This document shows, in pieces, positions 52,888-63,504 of a DNA stretch of 64,000 nucleotides. This DNA comes from Nibricoccus sp. (lineage in GTDB: Bacteria; Verrucomicrobiota; Verrucomicrobiia; Opitutales; Opitutaceae): assembly GCA_047602425.1 (NCBI GenBank), contig JASGHG010000001.1, forward strand, positions 416,001 through 480,000, written 5' to 3'. The notes under the pieces are model-generated. The model did not search any database and was not told where the DNA came from. It saw only the letters and a program-made list of their open reading frames with translations. The translations under genes and the position numbers were made by a program. Each line of letters starts with the position of its first letter. The stretch's first letter is position 1.

Positions 52888-53960
52888 ACGCACTTCTGCT
52901 GGCTCCAGAGTTGTTCGCAAGCGAGGGAGGAATCCCACGTATTCTGCGCCTTTATCTCAAGGCCCTGTGTGAACTGAGCGAACCCGCCGGCAACGTGTCG
53001 GTCGTTTCTCTCAACGACGTTTCCTTCGACTCGCGCGATCTGCGCCGTTACTCTAACCAACGACTCACCGACTGGGCTGCCTGCGGCCGAAGCAAACTAC
53101 GCTTTCTCCAAGCCGCACGTCGCATGAGCAAACACGTCGACCTCGTCGTGTGCGGCCACGTTGCTCAATTGCCCGTCGCATGGGGCTTGCGCAAGCTGCG
53201 GAAAAAGCCTTTCAAGTATACACTCGTCGCCCACGGCATTGAGGTCTGGCGCCCGTTCAGTCGCCTTGAGCTTCTCGCGCTGCGCGGCGCCGATAGAATT
53301 TGGTGCGTGAGCGAATTCACCCGTCGCGAATTGCTTCGTCACAGCAAACTTCCACTCACCACGACAGTCGTGTTGCCCAACGGTCTCGATCCTTTTCTCC
53401 ACGTACCCGAACCAGCGGCCAGTGTCACGGAATATGACATTCTAACCGTTTCGCGGCTGAACAACTCCGACAGCTACAAAGGCATCGATCATCTGATCGA
53501 AGCCATGCCCGCAATTCGACGCGGTATTCCCGCCGCCCGCCTGCGCGTGGTCGGTCGCGGCGACGACTTGCCGCGCCTGCACGAGATCGCCGTCCGCTTG
53601 CACGTCGACAAGGCCGTCGAGTTCCTGGGCTATGTGAACGACGAAGATCTCAAACGCGAACTCAACGCCTGCCGGCTTTTCGCTCTCCCGAGTCAGAAGG
53701 AAGGCTTCGGCCTCGTCTTCCTTGAAGCGATGACCCATGGTAAACCCTGTATCGGTGCGCGCGATGGAGGCATCCCGGAAGTCATCACCCCGCTGACCGG
53801 GCAACTCGTAAATTACGGCAACATCCCGGAGCTCGCCGAAACCTGTGTGAGCGCCTTGCGACGCAAATGGGACCCCGCCGCCATCCAGGAACGGGCCAAC
53901 GAATTTTCGTATTCGCGTTTTCGCGACAAACTCACCTCGCTGATTCCTCTTTCAGCTTGA
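52884..53960 (+). CDS. GT4-family glycosyltransferase
   Basis: AHGIE, VSEFT, LPNG, YKGIDHLI, EGFGLVFLEA; ATGA overlap with asnB. Confidence 0.92.
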   Translation: MNALLLAPELFASEGGIPRILRLYLKALCELSEPAGNVSVVSLNDVSFDSRDLRRYSNQRLTDWAACGRSKLRFLQAARRMSKHVDLVVCGHVAQLPVAWGLRKLRKKPFKYTLVAHGIEVWRPFSRLELLALRGADRIWCVSEFTRRELLRHSKLPLTTTVVLPNGLDPFLHVPEPAASVTEYDILTVSRLNNSDSYKGIDHLIEAMPAIRRGIPAARLRVVGRGDDLPRLHEIAVRLHVDKAVEFLGYVNDEDLKRELNACRLFALPSQKEGFGLVFLEAMTHGKPCIGARDGGIPEVITPLTGQLVNYGNIPELAETCVSALRRKWDPAAIQERANEFSYSRFRDKLTSLIPLSA

Positions 53961-54799
53961 GCGAAACTTCCAGCCACACCCGACCCGCGCCCCTCGTGAT
54001 TGAGGCTGGGCGCACCGAGCGTCACTACTGGCGCGATCTCTGGCGCTACCGCGAACTCCTCGGTTTCCTCGCTTGGCGGGACGTTAAGGTTCGTTACAAA
54101 CAAGCGGTGCTCGGCGTGGCCTGGGCGGCGATCCAGCCAGCGATCAATACGATCCTCCTGACCTTTGTTTTCGGCAAACTCGCCAAAATGCCGGATGGCG
54201 GCCTGCCTTATCCGCTGCTGGTGCTCGCCGGTCTGTTGCCCTGGCAGCTTTTCTCCGGCGCTTTCAGCGGAGCCGGCAACAGCCTCGTCAGCAATTCACA
54301 CCTAATTTCGAAAGTATATTTCCCGCGCCTGATCGTGCCGCTCTCCGCAGTTGCCGTCGCCTTGATCGACATGCTTGTCCTGCTCGTCATCGCCTTGCTG
54401 TACACGATCACAAAAAGCATCTACCCCTCCTGGCATCTGTTGCTGTTACCTGTCTTCGTCCTCGGTACGATGGTGATCGCCCTCGGCGCGGGTTTGTGGA
54501 TCACCGCGCTGACCGTCAAATACCGCGACTTCCGTTTCATCACGCCTTTCATTCTCCAAATCGGCGTGTTTGTAACACCCGTCGGTTATCGCACGGATTT
54601 CCTGCCCAACTGGCGCGACTGGCTCGCGCTCAATCCCCTCACCAGCATGGTGGAAGGCTTCCGCTGGTGCCTGCTCGGCGGCCGAACCGAATTCTACCAG
54701 CAAGGGTTATGGATCTCGACGGCGGTTATGGTGCTCATGCTCGTGACTGGCCTTTGGTATTTTCGCCGCACTGAACGTCAGTTCGCCGACGTGATCTGA
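53957..54799 (+). CDS. wzm: Polysaccharide ABC transporter permease
   Basis: WRDVKVRYKQAVLG, LISKVYFPR, YRDFRF, LNPL, FADVI; TTG start inferred. Confidence 0.93.
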   Translation: MSETSSHTRPAPLVIEAGRTERHYWRDLWRYRELLGFLAWRDVKVRYKQAVLGVAWAAIQPAINTILLTFVFGKLAKMPDGGLPYPLLVLAGLLPWQLFSGAFSGAGNSLVSNSHLISKVYFPRLIVPLSAVAVALIDMLVLLVIALLYTITKSIYPSWHLLLLPVFVLGTMVIALGAGLWITALTVKYRDFRFITPFILQIGVFVTPVGYRTDFLPNWRDWLALNPLTSMVEGFRWCLLGGRTEFYQQGLWISTAVMVLMLVTGLWYFRRTERQFADVI

Positions 54800-54803
54800 G
54801 ATC

Positions 54804-56030
54804 ATGAGCATGCCCATCATTTCCGTCGAAAATCTTGGCAAGCGCTACACGCTGCGGCACCAGGCGCGTTCTGGCCTGCTGCGCGACCGGCTTGCCTCGC
54901 TCCTGCGCAATCCCTTCCGGCAATTGCGCGAAGCTCGCGCGACAGCAGAGGATTTCTGGGCGCTGCGCGACGTCGGTTTCTCGGTCAATCAGGGCGATGT
55001 TCTCGGCATCATCGGTCGCAACGGCGCTGGCAAATCCACGCTGCTCAAAATTCTCTCACGCATCACCGAGCCCACGACCGGTCGCATTTCGATCCAAGGC
55101 CGCGTCGCTTCGCTCTTGGAGGTTGGCACTGGTTTCCACGGCGAACTCAGCGGCCGCGAAAATATTTTCCTTAACGGCGCGATCCTCGGCATGAGCCGCG
55201 CAGAGATCCGAAAAAAATTCGACGAGATCGTGGCCTTCGCCGAGGTGGAAAAATTTCTCGATACGCCGGTGAAACACTACAGCAGCGGGATGTACGTCCG
55301 TCTCGCCTTCGCCGTCGCCGCCCACCTGGAACCCGAAATCCTCATCGTCGACGAAGTCCTCGCGGTCGGAGATGCCGACTTTCAGGCAAAATGCATGGGA
55401 AAAATGCGTTCTGTAGCTTCAAGCGACGGCCGCACCGTTCTTTTTGTTAGTCACAATCTCTCATCCGTCCGGCAGCTTTGTAATCGAGCCATTTTCCTGA
55501 ACCAAGGCGCGCTCGTTTTTGCAGGCGACCCGTCCGCAAGTATAGCCGCCTACCTTTCTTCGAACAAGGGGCTGACAACCACCCCCGCCAAACAGAACCT
55601 CGGAAGCAATCTCGAACTGCTTTCATTTGCGGTGAAGTCTGAGCATCTTCCTGCTTTCGCCGATCTTGAGATCACCATGGAGCTTCGGGCGAAGAGTCCC
55701 GTCGCGATCCATGAACTCTGCCTCCTTTTCACTAACAGCGGCGGACAAAGAACGGCCTTGGTCGACCTTCGCACCGGCAAGGGAAACTATCGTCTGATAC
55801 AAAACCAAACCTTGTCACTTCGTACCATCGTTCAACGGCCAGGTTTTCTACCCGGCACCTACGGCGTCGGCTTTTTTATCCGCTCCGATCTGCACATGCA
55901 GGACCATTTGGCCCTGCAAAACATCGAAGTTCTCCCGCAGATTTCTCAGAACTCATGGGCTTCGTATGGCTTAGAATACCTCGGTATGGTGGCGCTTGAT
56001 TCCAGGGTTTCAGCCGATCTTTCGCCATAA
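54804..56030 (+). CDS. wzt: Polysaccharide ABC transporter ATPase with C-terminal domain
   Basis: FWALRDV, GRNGAGKSTLLK, LLEVGTGF, YSSGMYVRLAF, DEVLAVGD, VSH; about 150-aa C-terminal extension. Confidence 0.95.
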   Translation: MSMPIISVENLGKRYTLRHQARSGLLRDRLASLLRNPFRQLREARATAEDFWALRDVGFSVNQGDVLGIIGRNGAGKSTLLKILSRITEPTTGRISIQGRVASLLEVGTGFHGELSGRENIFLNGAILGMSRAEIRKKFDEIVAFAEVEKFLDTPVKHYSSGMYVRLAFAVAAHLEPEILIVDEVLAVGDADFQAKCMGKMRSVASSDGRTVLFVSHNLSSVRQLCNRAIFLNQGALVFAGDPSASIAAYLSSNKGLTTTPAKQNLGSNLELLSFAVKSEHLPAFADLEITMELRAKSPVAIHELCLLFTNSGGQRTALVDLRTGKGNYRLIQNQTLSLRTIVQRPGFLPGTYGVGFFIRSDLHMQDHLALQNIEVLPQISQNSWASYGLEYLGMVALDSRVSADLSP

Positions 56031-56059
56031 CTTACCGAATCAACCATCGTGTACCTACA

Positions 56060-56914
56060 ATGCCGTCTGCACCTGCCGTTACATTGGTGATCTTTTCCTG
56101 CGTTGGGCGAACCCACCTTCTACAGAAGACATTGGAGTCTTTTCGCCATCAGTGTCCCTACCCGTTCGCTGAAACCATTCTGTCCCTGGACGGAGAACTC
56201 GATCCCTCCTGCATTTCATGGATTCAGCCAACCCATGTCGTGCAGAGCCTTCAAAGAAGCGGCTACGTTCTCAGTATCGTGCGGGCGCTCGGCTTGGTGC
56301 GAACGCCTTTTCTCTTTTGGCTGGAAGACGACTGGTCGTTCAACCAACCCGTCAATCTGCCGCCGCTCATCGAGGCTCTCGCCACTCATGATACGTGGAC
56401 GCAGATTCGCCTTAATAAAACTGCTCCAATCGCTCCGAGCGAACGCGAGGCGCCACTGGACACCGCCGCGGGACTTTTCCGCTCTCAACATGGTTTCTCC
56501 GCCAACCCTCATCTTGGCCGAACCAGTCACCTGCTTGCTGGATTCAAAGCCTTCATCGAGAGCCCAAAGACCGCCGCCAACACCTTCGAGCCTTTCCTTA
56601 CAACATGGTTTGAATCCCACGGTCATATTTGCGCCATCCAGGATCCAGGGGAAAAGCCAGCCGTTGCCCACGCTGGCTATCTCGAAAGTACAGGACGGCA
56701 ATGGCACGCGACCATCTCGCTCTCCGAAAAACCTGCCCCTTATTCATCCGGCCTGCGCCAAGACGGCCGTCGACCCGCATTATGGCGTCGGATCGTTCTC
56801 GCCGGTCGTCTCATCAGCGCGGCCGTACGCGTCGGTCTACGCGCACTCTACAAATACAACGCCTATGACTTAGGGTTTCGCTTCATCGACCTCAGTAGGC
56901 GCAAAGATGAATAA
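56060..56914 (+). CDS. Putative GT-A fold glycosyltransferase (unassigned)
   Basis: VTLVIFSCVGR, LFWLEDDW, FSANPHL; operon context. Confidence 0.65.
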   Translation: MPSAPAVTLVIFSCVGRTHLLQKTLESFRHQCPYPFAETILSLDGELDPSCISWIQPTHVVQSLQRSGYVLSIVRALGLVRTPFLFWLEDDWSFNQPVNLPPLIEALATHDTWTQIRLNKTAPIAPSEREAPLDTAAGLFRSQHGFSANPHLGRTSHLLAGFKAFIESPKTAANTFEPFLTTWFESHGHICAIQDPGEKPAVAHAGYLESTGRQWHATISLSEKPAPYSSGLRQDGRRPALWRRIVLAGRLISAAVRVGLRALYKYNAYDLGFRFIDLSRRKDE

Positions 56915-57028
56915 TGCCGTAGAAACTGCATTGGGAACCATTCTGCAGTTCAAGGATAGCCGCCTCTCGATTGCCAGATTATGGCGATATTATTTGGTTA
57001 TATTCTCTAATTCTGCACGCAGTCCACT

Positions 57029-57973
57029 GTGAGCAACGTCTCGTCCCCATTTTCCTTCCACCGTCGTTTCCTTCGCAGCCTGGCCTTTCGCTCCGCGGTC
57101 TTTTACCGATCCATTTTGCGCATACCCAGTCAGGCCCAAAGAACCAAACCAGCCGCAGAAGACTTTATCGCGATCACGATGACCGATCGGAAGCACGCGC
57201 TGATGTGCGAACAAATGCTGCTGAGCATGCAAAGAACCTGGTCCGAGTTACCGACCGTCCGGCTACTTGTCGATGACCGCCATGGTTCCGTAAATACCAA
57301 GCGATTACAGCGCAGCTACGGCGGACTCATCCAGTTGGTCGATTGGGCACACATCATCGAGCACCACAAAAACCGCCAACGCTTGGAACTGATCGAATTT
57401 GCCGAAGGTAATTTGTTGGGCCGCAAACTCGCTTTTATTCTGTCGGAAGCCGACCAACAAAAAACGCTTTGGATCGATAACGACATTCTCTTCTTCCAGG
57501 ATTTTCTTCCTTTGGTCCAAGCTCAACCTGACGGCGTGTTCGTCGGCGCCACGCGCGATTCGACCTTTGGTGGATCCGAAAAACTGGCGAGTTACGCGCC
57601 CGGACTCGCGCGTCATCTTTTCCAAGGCGATGCCAGCGTACCATCCGTAAACTCCGGCCTCACTCTAGCCAGTGGCTGTATTTACGATGCCTTTCAACTC
57701 GCTCCGCTCGTGAAGCACACCCTTGATACCCGCGAGCATAGTTACTTCACCGAACAAACCGTCATCGCCTGGGCCGCCCTTCGTTCAAGAAAAATTATTT
57801 GGGATATGCAGGTGGTTCGTCTGGACGATACGGACATTTACCAACTCGGGCCGTCCCCCACCGACCATTCTTGGCGCGCTCGCCACTACACGGGGAACAT
57901 CCGGCATCTATTTTGGCGCGATGCGTTTTTCCTGCGTTTCAGAGGGCGCAATAAAATCAGCCATGCAGGCTGA
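57029..57973 (+). CDS. Putative GT-A fold (GT8-like) transferase
   Basis: LWIDNDILFF, VNSG, TEQT, RHY pattern; GTG start. Confidence 0.6.
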   Translation: MSNVSSPFSFHRRFLRSLAFRSAVFYRSILRIPSQAQRTKPAAEDFIAITMTDRKHALMCEQMLLSMQRTWSELPTVRLLVDDRHGSVNTKRLQRSYGGLIQLVDWAHIIEHHKNRQRLELIEFAEGNLLGRKLAFILSEADQQKTLWIDNDILFFQDFLPLVQAQPDGVFVGATRDSTFGGSEKLASYAPGLARHLFQGDASVPSVNSGLTLASGCIYDAFQLAPLVKHTLDTREHSYFTEQTVIAWAALRSRKIIWDMQVVRLDDTDIYQLGPSPTDHSWRARHYTGNIRHLFWRDAFFLRFRGRNKISHAG

Positions 57974-58955
57974 AAATATCAACTTTCGGGAAAGCAGTCC
58001 CCGGTGCGTCATCACCATCGCGACCGGCCCCGTGTTCTACTGGAACATGGCCATCAATCTTGCACGCTCCATTCGCCTTTGGCACTCCCCCGAAAGCCTG
58101 CCGATCACCATTGTCACCGATCAGCCCCACACACTGCCCGCCGATCTGCTTGATATCGACAGAAGACTCGTCAAGTCGGATGAACTAGGCGCAGGCTTCG
58201 AAAGCAAACTACACATCGACCGCTTGGCTCCAGCCCAGCAAACACTGTTTATCGACTCAGATTGCCTCGTGTATGGATCGCTCTTTCCGCTCTTCGACCG
58301 ACTCGCCGGACAGGCGGTTGCCGTAATTGGCGGGACAATTAGTAGTGGTGAATGGTTTGGTGATGTCGGCGAATTTTGCCGCCGCCTGGGCGTATCGGAA
58401 ATTCCTAAATTCAACGGTGGATTATACTACGTTGAACCAGGTGAAACCGCCAAATCCGTTTACACGCGCGCCCGTGAGCTGGTGCAGCATTACGACAAGT
58501 TGGGATTGGTGCGGCTTCGCAACCAGCCCAACGATGAATTACTCATGGCCGCGGCCATGGCGTTGCAGGGGATCAAGGCATTTCCGGACGACGGCACCGT
58601 GATGAGCGATCCCCAAGCATGCCCCGGGCCGTTGCACGTCAACGTGCTTCGCGGCGAACGTCGGCTGTACAATCCACCTCCGCCCTCTCCTTCACATCAA
58701 GCGTGGTGCCCATTCACTGAAGTGCGTCCGCTGATCGTTCACTATCTAGGTCACCATGCTCGCGGACATCATTACCGTGCTGAGCGGTTGAGGCTTCGCC
58801 TCGCGGCCGCCGGTTGGCCCAAGCAACTCGCTCATAACATTGCCCTGCTTTTCGTGACGGCGCCGAGCTCCTTAAAACAGAAGTTCAAAGACCAGTTGCG
58901 CCCTCTCTTCCACCGTGTAGCGGGCCCACGGTCGGTTTCATCGGCGACTCGCTAA
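57963..58955 (+). CDS. Putative GT-A fold (GT8-like) transferase
   Basis: TLFIDSDCLV, FNGGLYY, NDE, IVHY; start re-assigned to ATG 57963. Confidence 0.6.
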   Translation: MQAENINFRESSPRCVITIATGPVFYWNMAINLARSIRLWHSPESLPITIVTDQPHTLPADLLDIDRRLVKSDELGAGFESKLHIDRLAPAQQTLFIDSDCLVYGSLFPLFDRLAGQAVAVIGGTISSGEWFGDVGEFCRRLGVSEIPKFNGGLYYVEPGETAKSVYTRARELVQHYDKLGLVRLRNQPNDELLMAAAMALQGIKAFPDDGTVMSDPQACPGPLHVNVLRGERRLYNPPPPSPSHQAWCPFTEVRPLIVHYLGHHARGHHYRAERLRLRLAAAGWPKQLAHNIALLFVTAPSSLKQKFKDQLRPLFHRVAGPRSVSSATR

Positions 58956-58971
58956 CCAACGTCCCAGATAA

Positions 58972-59919
58972 ATGAGCACGGCCCCTGATGTTTCCGTTAT
59001 CATTCCCACCTACAATCGCCTGTGGTCCCTACCGCGAGCAGTGGATTCCTGTCGCGGCACTCGTTGTTCAACACAGATCATCGTCATCGACGATGGCAGC
59101 ACGGATGGAACCTGGGAATGGCTTCAATCCCAACCCGACCTCATCGCACTTCGACAGGACAACCAGGGACAGACTTGGGCGGTAAACAATGCCTTCCGTT
59201 CGGCCCAAGGCCGGTACATTCGATTTCTCGATTCAGACGATTTTCTCTCGCCCGGAACGATCGATCTCCAATTCGAACGAGCGCAGGAAACAGGAGCTCA
59301 ACTCGTTTATGGACGCGTTGACGATTTCTATCAGGATAGCGGTCGTATCTCACAAAATCCCGAAACTCCGGAATGGGACGACTTCATTGCCGTAGTTCTA
59401 GGCGAAGGTTATGGTTCCCATTACCTAGGAATGTTATTCGCCCGGGAACTTTTTGCCACGGTTCCCCCGCGAAGGCCCGATTTTGCCCTTCGTGACGATC
59501 GTCTTTTTCTTCACGAAATCGCATTGCTCCATCCCCGCATTGCAGCGACGCCGGGTTGCGCCGGCTACTGGGTCAAGCACACCGCCCAGATGCACACGAA
59601 CTATCAAGGCCTCCAAATTACGCTCGCCGCGGCCCAAATGCTCGGCATCTACCGACGGACGCTTAACGTGCTCGCGAAGCGCGGTGAACTCACTCCACGA
59701 CGAGTTCGCGCGGCTGTTCCGATCATTTGGCAAGCGGCGCACGCGCTTGCTCACACCCATCTTTCCGATGCTGCTGAGGCCGCAGCCTGGTGCGCGCAAC
59801 TTCAGCCTGGTTTTGTCCCGCCCGATTCAGGGCCCGTGCGCCTTTGCTTTCGGCTGCTCGGTTATCGAATGACCCACAGAATACTGCGCCTGCGGAGATG
59901 GATCCTAAGACGCAGCTGA
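58972..59919 (+). CDS. GT2-family glycosyltransferase
   Basis: VSVIIPTYNR, IIVIDDGSTDGT, NQG, YIRFLDSDD. Confidence 0.92.
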   Translation: MSTAPDVSVIIPTYNRLWSLPRAVDSCRGTRCSTQIIVIDDGSTDGTWEWLQSQPDLIALRQDNQGQTWAVNNAFRSAQGRYIRFLDSDDFLSPGTIDLQFERAQETGAQLVYGRVDDFYQDSGRISQNPETPEWDDFIAVVLGEGYGSHYLGMLFARELFATVPPRRPDFALRDDRLFLHEIALLHPRIAATPGCAGYWVKHTAQMHTNYQGLQITLAAAQMLGIYRRTLNVLAKRGELTPRRVRAAVPIIWQAAHALAHTHLSDAAEAAAWCAQLQPGFVPPDSGPVRLCFRLLGYRMTHRILRLRRWILRRS

Positions 59920-59952
59920 CCCATCTTGAGCGAGCTTCAGAGGACTACGTTC

Positions 59953-60957
59953 ATGAGCCAGCCGCCACTTAACCTTTTCTACGCAGAACCCGATGGCGAT
60001 CGCTGGCTCCCTTTCGATCGTTTCCCCCGCAAGATCGTACGGCGCATCGTGCGAGGCCCGCGCCGACCTGGCGGGCAGGAACGGGTGTTTCTCAATCTTA
60101 AGGCCGGCCTGGATCGTCTGGGCATTGCGTACCGAGCCAACGACTATCGCCACGCTCGGCGCCATCCGGATGAACTTTGTTGTGTGCTCGGGAAACGGCA
60201 TGTCCTAAACCAAGAGCCATGGCTAAATCCCCTCATGGTCGGTCCCTGCACTTATGACCATTCGATCGACGACCCAGATCTGCCTTCACGGCTTGATGTA
60301 CGACGAATTCTAGTTCCTGGGCCTTGGATGCGCGACATGTGTCGTTCCACTTGGGGAAATCTTGTTCATGCGTGGCCCGTGGGAATCGATACCGAGCGCT
60401 GGAAGCCAAATTCGACCGCGTCCAAATCGATCGACGTCGTTCTCTACAACAAAACCCTCTGGGATCGAGCGCGACACGAAACCGAACTCCTCAGTCCCAT
60501 TCGCGCAGAACTAGCACGCCGCAAGCTAACGTACGTCGAGTTCGTCTATGGTCACTACCGAGCTGTAGATTACGCTTCGGCCCTGCAGAAAGCGCGCGCA
60601 ATGATCTTTCTCTGCGAACATGAGACGCAAGGTATCGCTTATCAGGAAGCGCTTTCAAGCGATGTACCATTGATCGTGTGGGACAACGGCGGCGAATGGA
60701 AAGACCCAAGCTATTACCCGCATCGCGTTCGTTATGGCCCCGTCAGCTCGGTGCCGTATTGGGACGAGCGATGCGGAGTAAAGTTCACAACGGCTGCTGA
60801 GTTTGCCTCTTTCCTCGATCACTTTTTCACGCTTCAGCAGCGCGGTCTGTTCGCACCGAGACAATACATCTTGGACAATCTCACCCTGGAAAAATGCGCA
60901 CAAGCCTTCGTTGCTCACGCGCACGCTGCGGCAGTTGCAGAACGCGGCTCGTCCTGA
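59953..60957 (+). CDS. Putative GT-B glycosyltransferase
   Basis: WPVGIDTERW, ETQGIAYQEAL (EX7E-like); start ATG 59953 or TTG 59926. Confidence 0.75.
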   Translation: MSQPPLNLFYAEPDGDRWLPFDRFPRKIVRRIVRGPRRPGGQERVFLNLKAGLDRLGIAYRANDYRHARRHPDELCCVLGKRHVLNQEPWLNPLMVGPCTYDHSIDDPDLPSRLDVRRILVPGPWMRDMCRSTWGNLVHAWPVGIDTERWKPNSTASKSIDVVLYNKTLWDRARHETELLSPIRAELARRKLTYVEFVYGHYRAVDYASALQKARAMIFLCEHETQGIAYQEALSSDVPLIVWDNGGEWKDPSYYPHRVRYGPVSSVPYWDERCGVKFTTAAEFASFLDHFFTLQQRGLFAPRQYILDNLTLEKCAQAFVAHAHAAAVAERGSS

Positions 60958-60964
60958 TTACCCG

Positions 60965-62191
60965 ATGTCCGCGCAGCGCATCCTCATAGTCAGCTCCAGT
61001 CCGCTTTGCCGAAATCCTCGCGTGCTTAAAGAAGCAACGACGCTGGGACGCAGCAGATATGACGTTACCGTTCTCACTATTGCCGGACGTACCCACGATG
61101 AAACGACGGACCGCGCCTTACTGGAAGGTGCACCGTTTCGAAAAGTTGCCCTGCCTTATTTCGGTTTCGATGGCACGCTCGGGCTGGCCGCCCATGCTGG
61201 ACGTACTTTGACCAGCATCGCTCGCAAGCTGGTGCCTCTCGGAATCGAACGACGCTCCGCCCTCGGCGCATTCCATCGCCTATACGCTGCCGTCCGTCGC
61301 ACTCCGGCCGACCTGACGATTGCACATACCGAATTGGGTCTGGCAATCGGTTCCGAACTTCTCGAACACGGACGCCGAGTTGCCGTCGATTTTGAGGACT
61401 GGCACTCTCAGGATCTACTGCCTTCTGCACGCAGGCATCGTCCATTGAAATTGCTGTCTGCCATCGAGCAACGGCTCCTCAAGCACGCCAATTACGCAAC
61501 GACTACTTCGCATGCCCTCGCCAGGGCCCTTGGAAACCTGCATCACAGAGCCAATCCCGTCGTCATCGCCAATGCGTTCCCGCTCCAGCCTGCACCGGCA
61601 CCGCGCGATACTATCCGACCACCTTCGCTGTTCTGGTTTTCCCAAACTATCGGCCCGGGCCGCGGCCTGGAGGAATTCATTGATGCCTGGCTGCTCACCT
61701 CCTCGACCAGTTCACTCTGCTTGCAGGGTGAAATCTCCGAGTCCTACAAAACCGAGCTACTCAATCGAACTCGAACCTCTTCGAAACCTCCAATCGTTTT
61801 TCAACCGCTCTGTTCGCCCAGAGATTTGCCCACACAAATTGCTAAGCACGACATTGGCCTCGCCTTGGAATCACAATCGCCGCCCAGCAGGAACCTAACG
61901 ATCACCAACAAAATTCTTCAGTATCTTAACGCCGGCCTGGCCATCGTTGCGACCTCGACCGAGGGTCACCGCGAAGTCCTTCAGCACGAGCCACGCGCGG
62001 GAATATTTATTGAGCCCACCGATCCAAATCGCACTGCCAGTCTCCTCGACGCGCTCGTCTCAGCTCCGACCGCGCTGATTTCGATGCAAGCCGCCTCACG
62101 TTCGCTCGCCGAATCGACCTACTGCTGGGAACGTGAGGAACCCAAATTGCTCGCCCTCGTCGAACAGGCCCTCGCAAATCGTCCAGCGTGA
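60965..62191 (+). CDS. GT4-like glycosyltransferase
   Basis: NPRVLKEA, DFEDW, GRGLE, HDIGLA, NKILQYLNAGL. Confidence 0.85.
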   Translation: MSAQRILIVSSSPLCRNPRVLKEATTLGRSRYDVTVLTIAGRTHDETTDRALLEGAPFRKVALPYFGFDGTLGLAAHAGRTLTSIARKLVPLGIERRSALGAFHRLYAAVRRTPADLTIAHTELGLAIGSELLEHGRRVAVDFEDWHSQDLLPSARRHRPLKLLSAIEQRLLKHANYATTTSHALARALGNLHHRANPVVIANAFPLQPAPAPRDTIRPPSLFWFSQTIGPGRGLEEFIDAWLLTSSTSSLCLQGEISESYKTELLNRTRTSSKPPIVFQPLCSPRDLPTQIAKHDIGLALESQSPPSRNLTITNKILQYLNAGLAIVATSTEGHREVLQHEPRAGIFIEPTDPNRTASLLDALVSAPTALISMQAASRSLAESTYCWEREEPKLLALVEQALANRPA

Positions 62192-63504
62192 AACGCGTCC
62201 TCATCGTCAGTCCTTCGTTTCCGCCCATCAATGCACCGGATATGCAGCGTGTGCGCATGAGCTTGCCGCATTATAGCACCTGCGGCTGGGAGCCCATTGT
62301 TCTCGCAGTGAACGAACGATACATCAACGCCGTCCGCGAGGAGGAGTTGCTCGCGACCGTGCCGACTCACATCAAAATTTATCGCTGTAACGCGTTGCCG
62401 CTGTCGATTTCAAAATTGTTCGGTATCGGCAATCTCGGGCTTCGCTCAGGATGGCACTTACTATGGGCAGGCTTGAGGGTCATCCGCAGGGAAAAAATCG
62501 ACTTGGTTTTCTTGTCCAATACCCAGTTTTTTACCTTTCCTCTGGGCCGCCTCTGGCGATTTCTAACCCGGGTCCCATATGTCATCGATCTGCAGGATCC
62601 GTGGCGAACTGATTACTATCAACAACCCGGCGCCCGCAAGCCGCCGGGCGGCTGGAAATATAGCTTCGCGAGGGTGCAAGCCCGTCTCCTCGAAGGATGG
62701 TCCTTCCGACGGCTGTCGGGCTTCGTCAGCGTGTCTCCTCGCTACATTGAAGATTTGCGCGAACGCTATCCTTGGTTCGCGAAAATTCCTTCCGCAACAA
62801 TTCCGTTCGGCACGAGCGAAGAGGACAAAGATGCAGCCCTCGCCTCCTCGTCGCCAAAAAATGGACCAACCATGAAAGATCGGCCAATCCGCTTGGTCTA
62901 TACCGGAGCAGGAGGCCCCATCACGCCACATGCCGCTCGCCTGCTCATGCAGGGCCTGCGACGACTGCGCGATAGGAGACCACAAACCATCCGCCACCTC
63001 CAACTCGAATTTCACGGTACAAGCTATGCCGCGGCGGATCGAGCCTGTCCTACGATTAAGCCCATCGCGAAGGAATTCGGCGTCGATGATATCGTCTTCG
63101 AAAATCCGGCGAGGATCGGCCACTTGGAATCCATGCGGCTGCAAGCCATCGCCGATGCCCTGATCATCGCGGGCTCAATCGACCCTGCCTATTCTCCGTC
63201 GAAGCTCTACCCGTATTTTCTGGCAGGTCGCCCCATGCTCGGCCTTGTGCTTCGCCAAAGCGTTTTGGAACGCCTCCTATTCGATCTTTCCTGCGCGAAA
63301 ATTGTCTCTTTTTCTCCCGAGCATTCCAACGATTCGGTGATCGAGGAGGTGGCGGCGTTTTTCATGCATGCCGTCGACGGTTTCCCCCCCGGTTACCTTC
63401 CTGAGCGCAACGAGGAACTTTTCCGCAACGAATACCTCGCGCCCGCTCTCACAGCCCGCCAATGCGCGTTGTTTGAACACGCCTGCCAAAACGCTTCCGA
63501 GTGA
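62188..63504 (+). CDS. GT4-like glycosyltransferase
   Basis: VLIVSPSFPP, DLQDPW, LVYTG, ADAL, PSKLYPY; GTGA overlap. Confidence 0.85.
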   Translation: MKRVLIVSPSFPPINAPDMQRVRMSLPHYSTCGWEPIVLAVNERYINAVREEELLATVPTHIKIYRCNALPLSISKLFGIGNLGLRSGWHLLWAGLRVIRREKIDLVFLSNTQFFTFPLGRLWRFLTRVPYVIDLQDPWRTDYYQQPGARKPPGGWKYSFARVQARLLEGWSFRRLSGFVSVSPRYIEDLRERYPWFAKIPSATIPFGTSEEDKDAALASSSPKNGPTMKDRPIRLVYTGAGGPITPHAARLLMQGLRRLRDRRPQTIRHLQLEFHGTSYAAADRACPTIKPIAKEFGVDDIVFENPARIGHLESMRLQAIADALIIAGSIDPAYSPSKLYPYFLAGRPMLGLVLRQSVLERLLFDLSCAKIVSFSPEHSNDSVIEEVAAFFMHAVDGFPPGYLPERNEELFRNEYLAPALTARQCALFEHACQNASE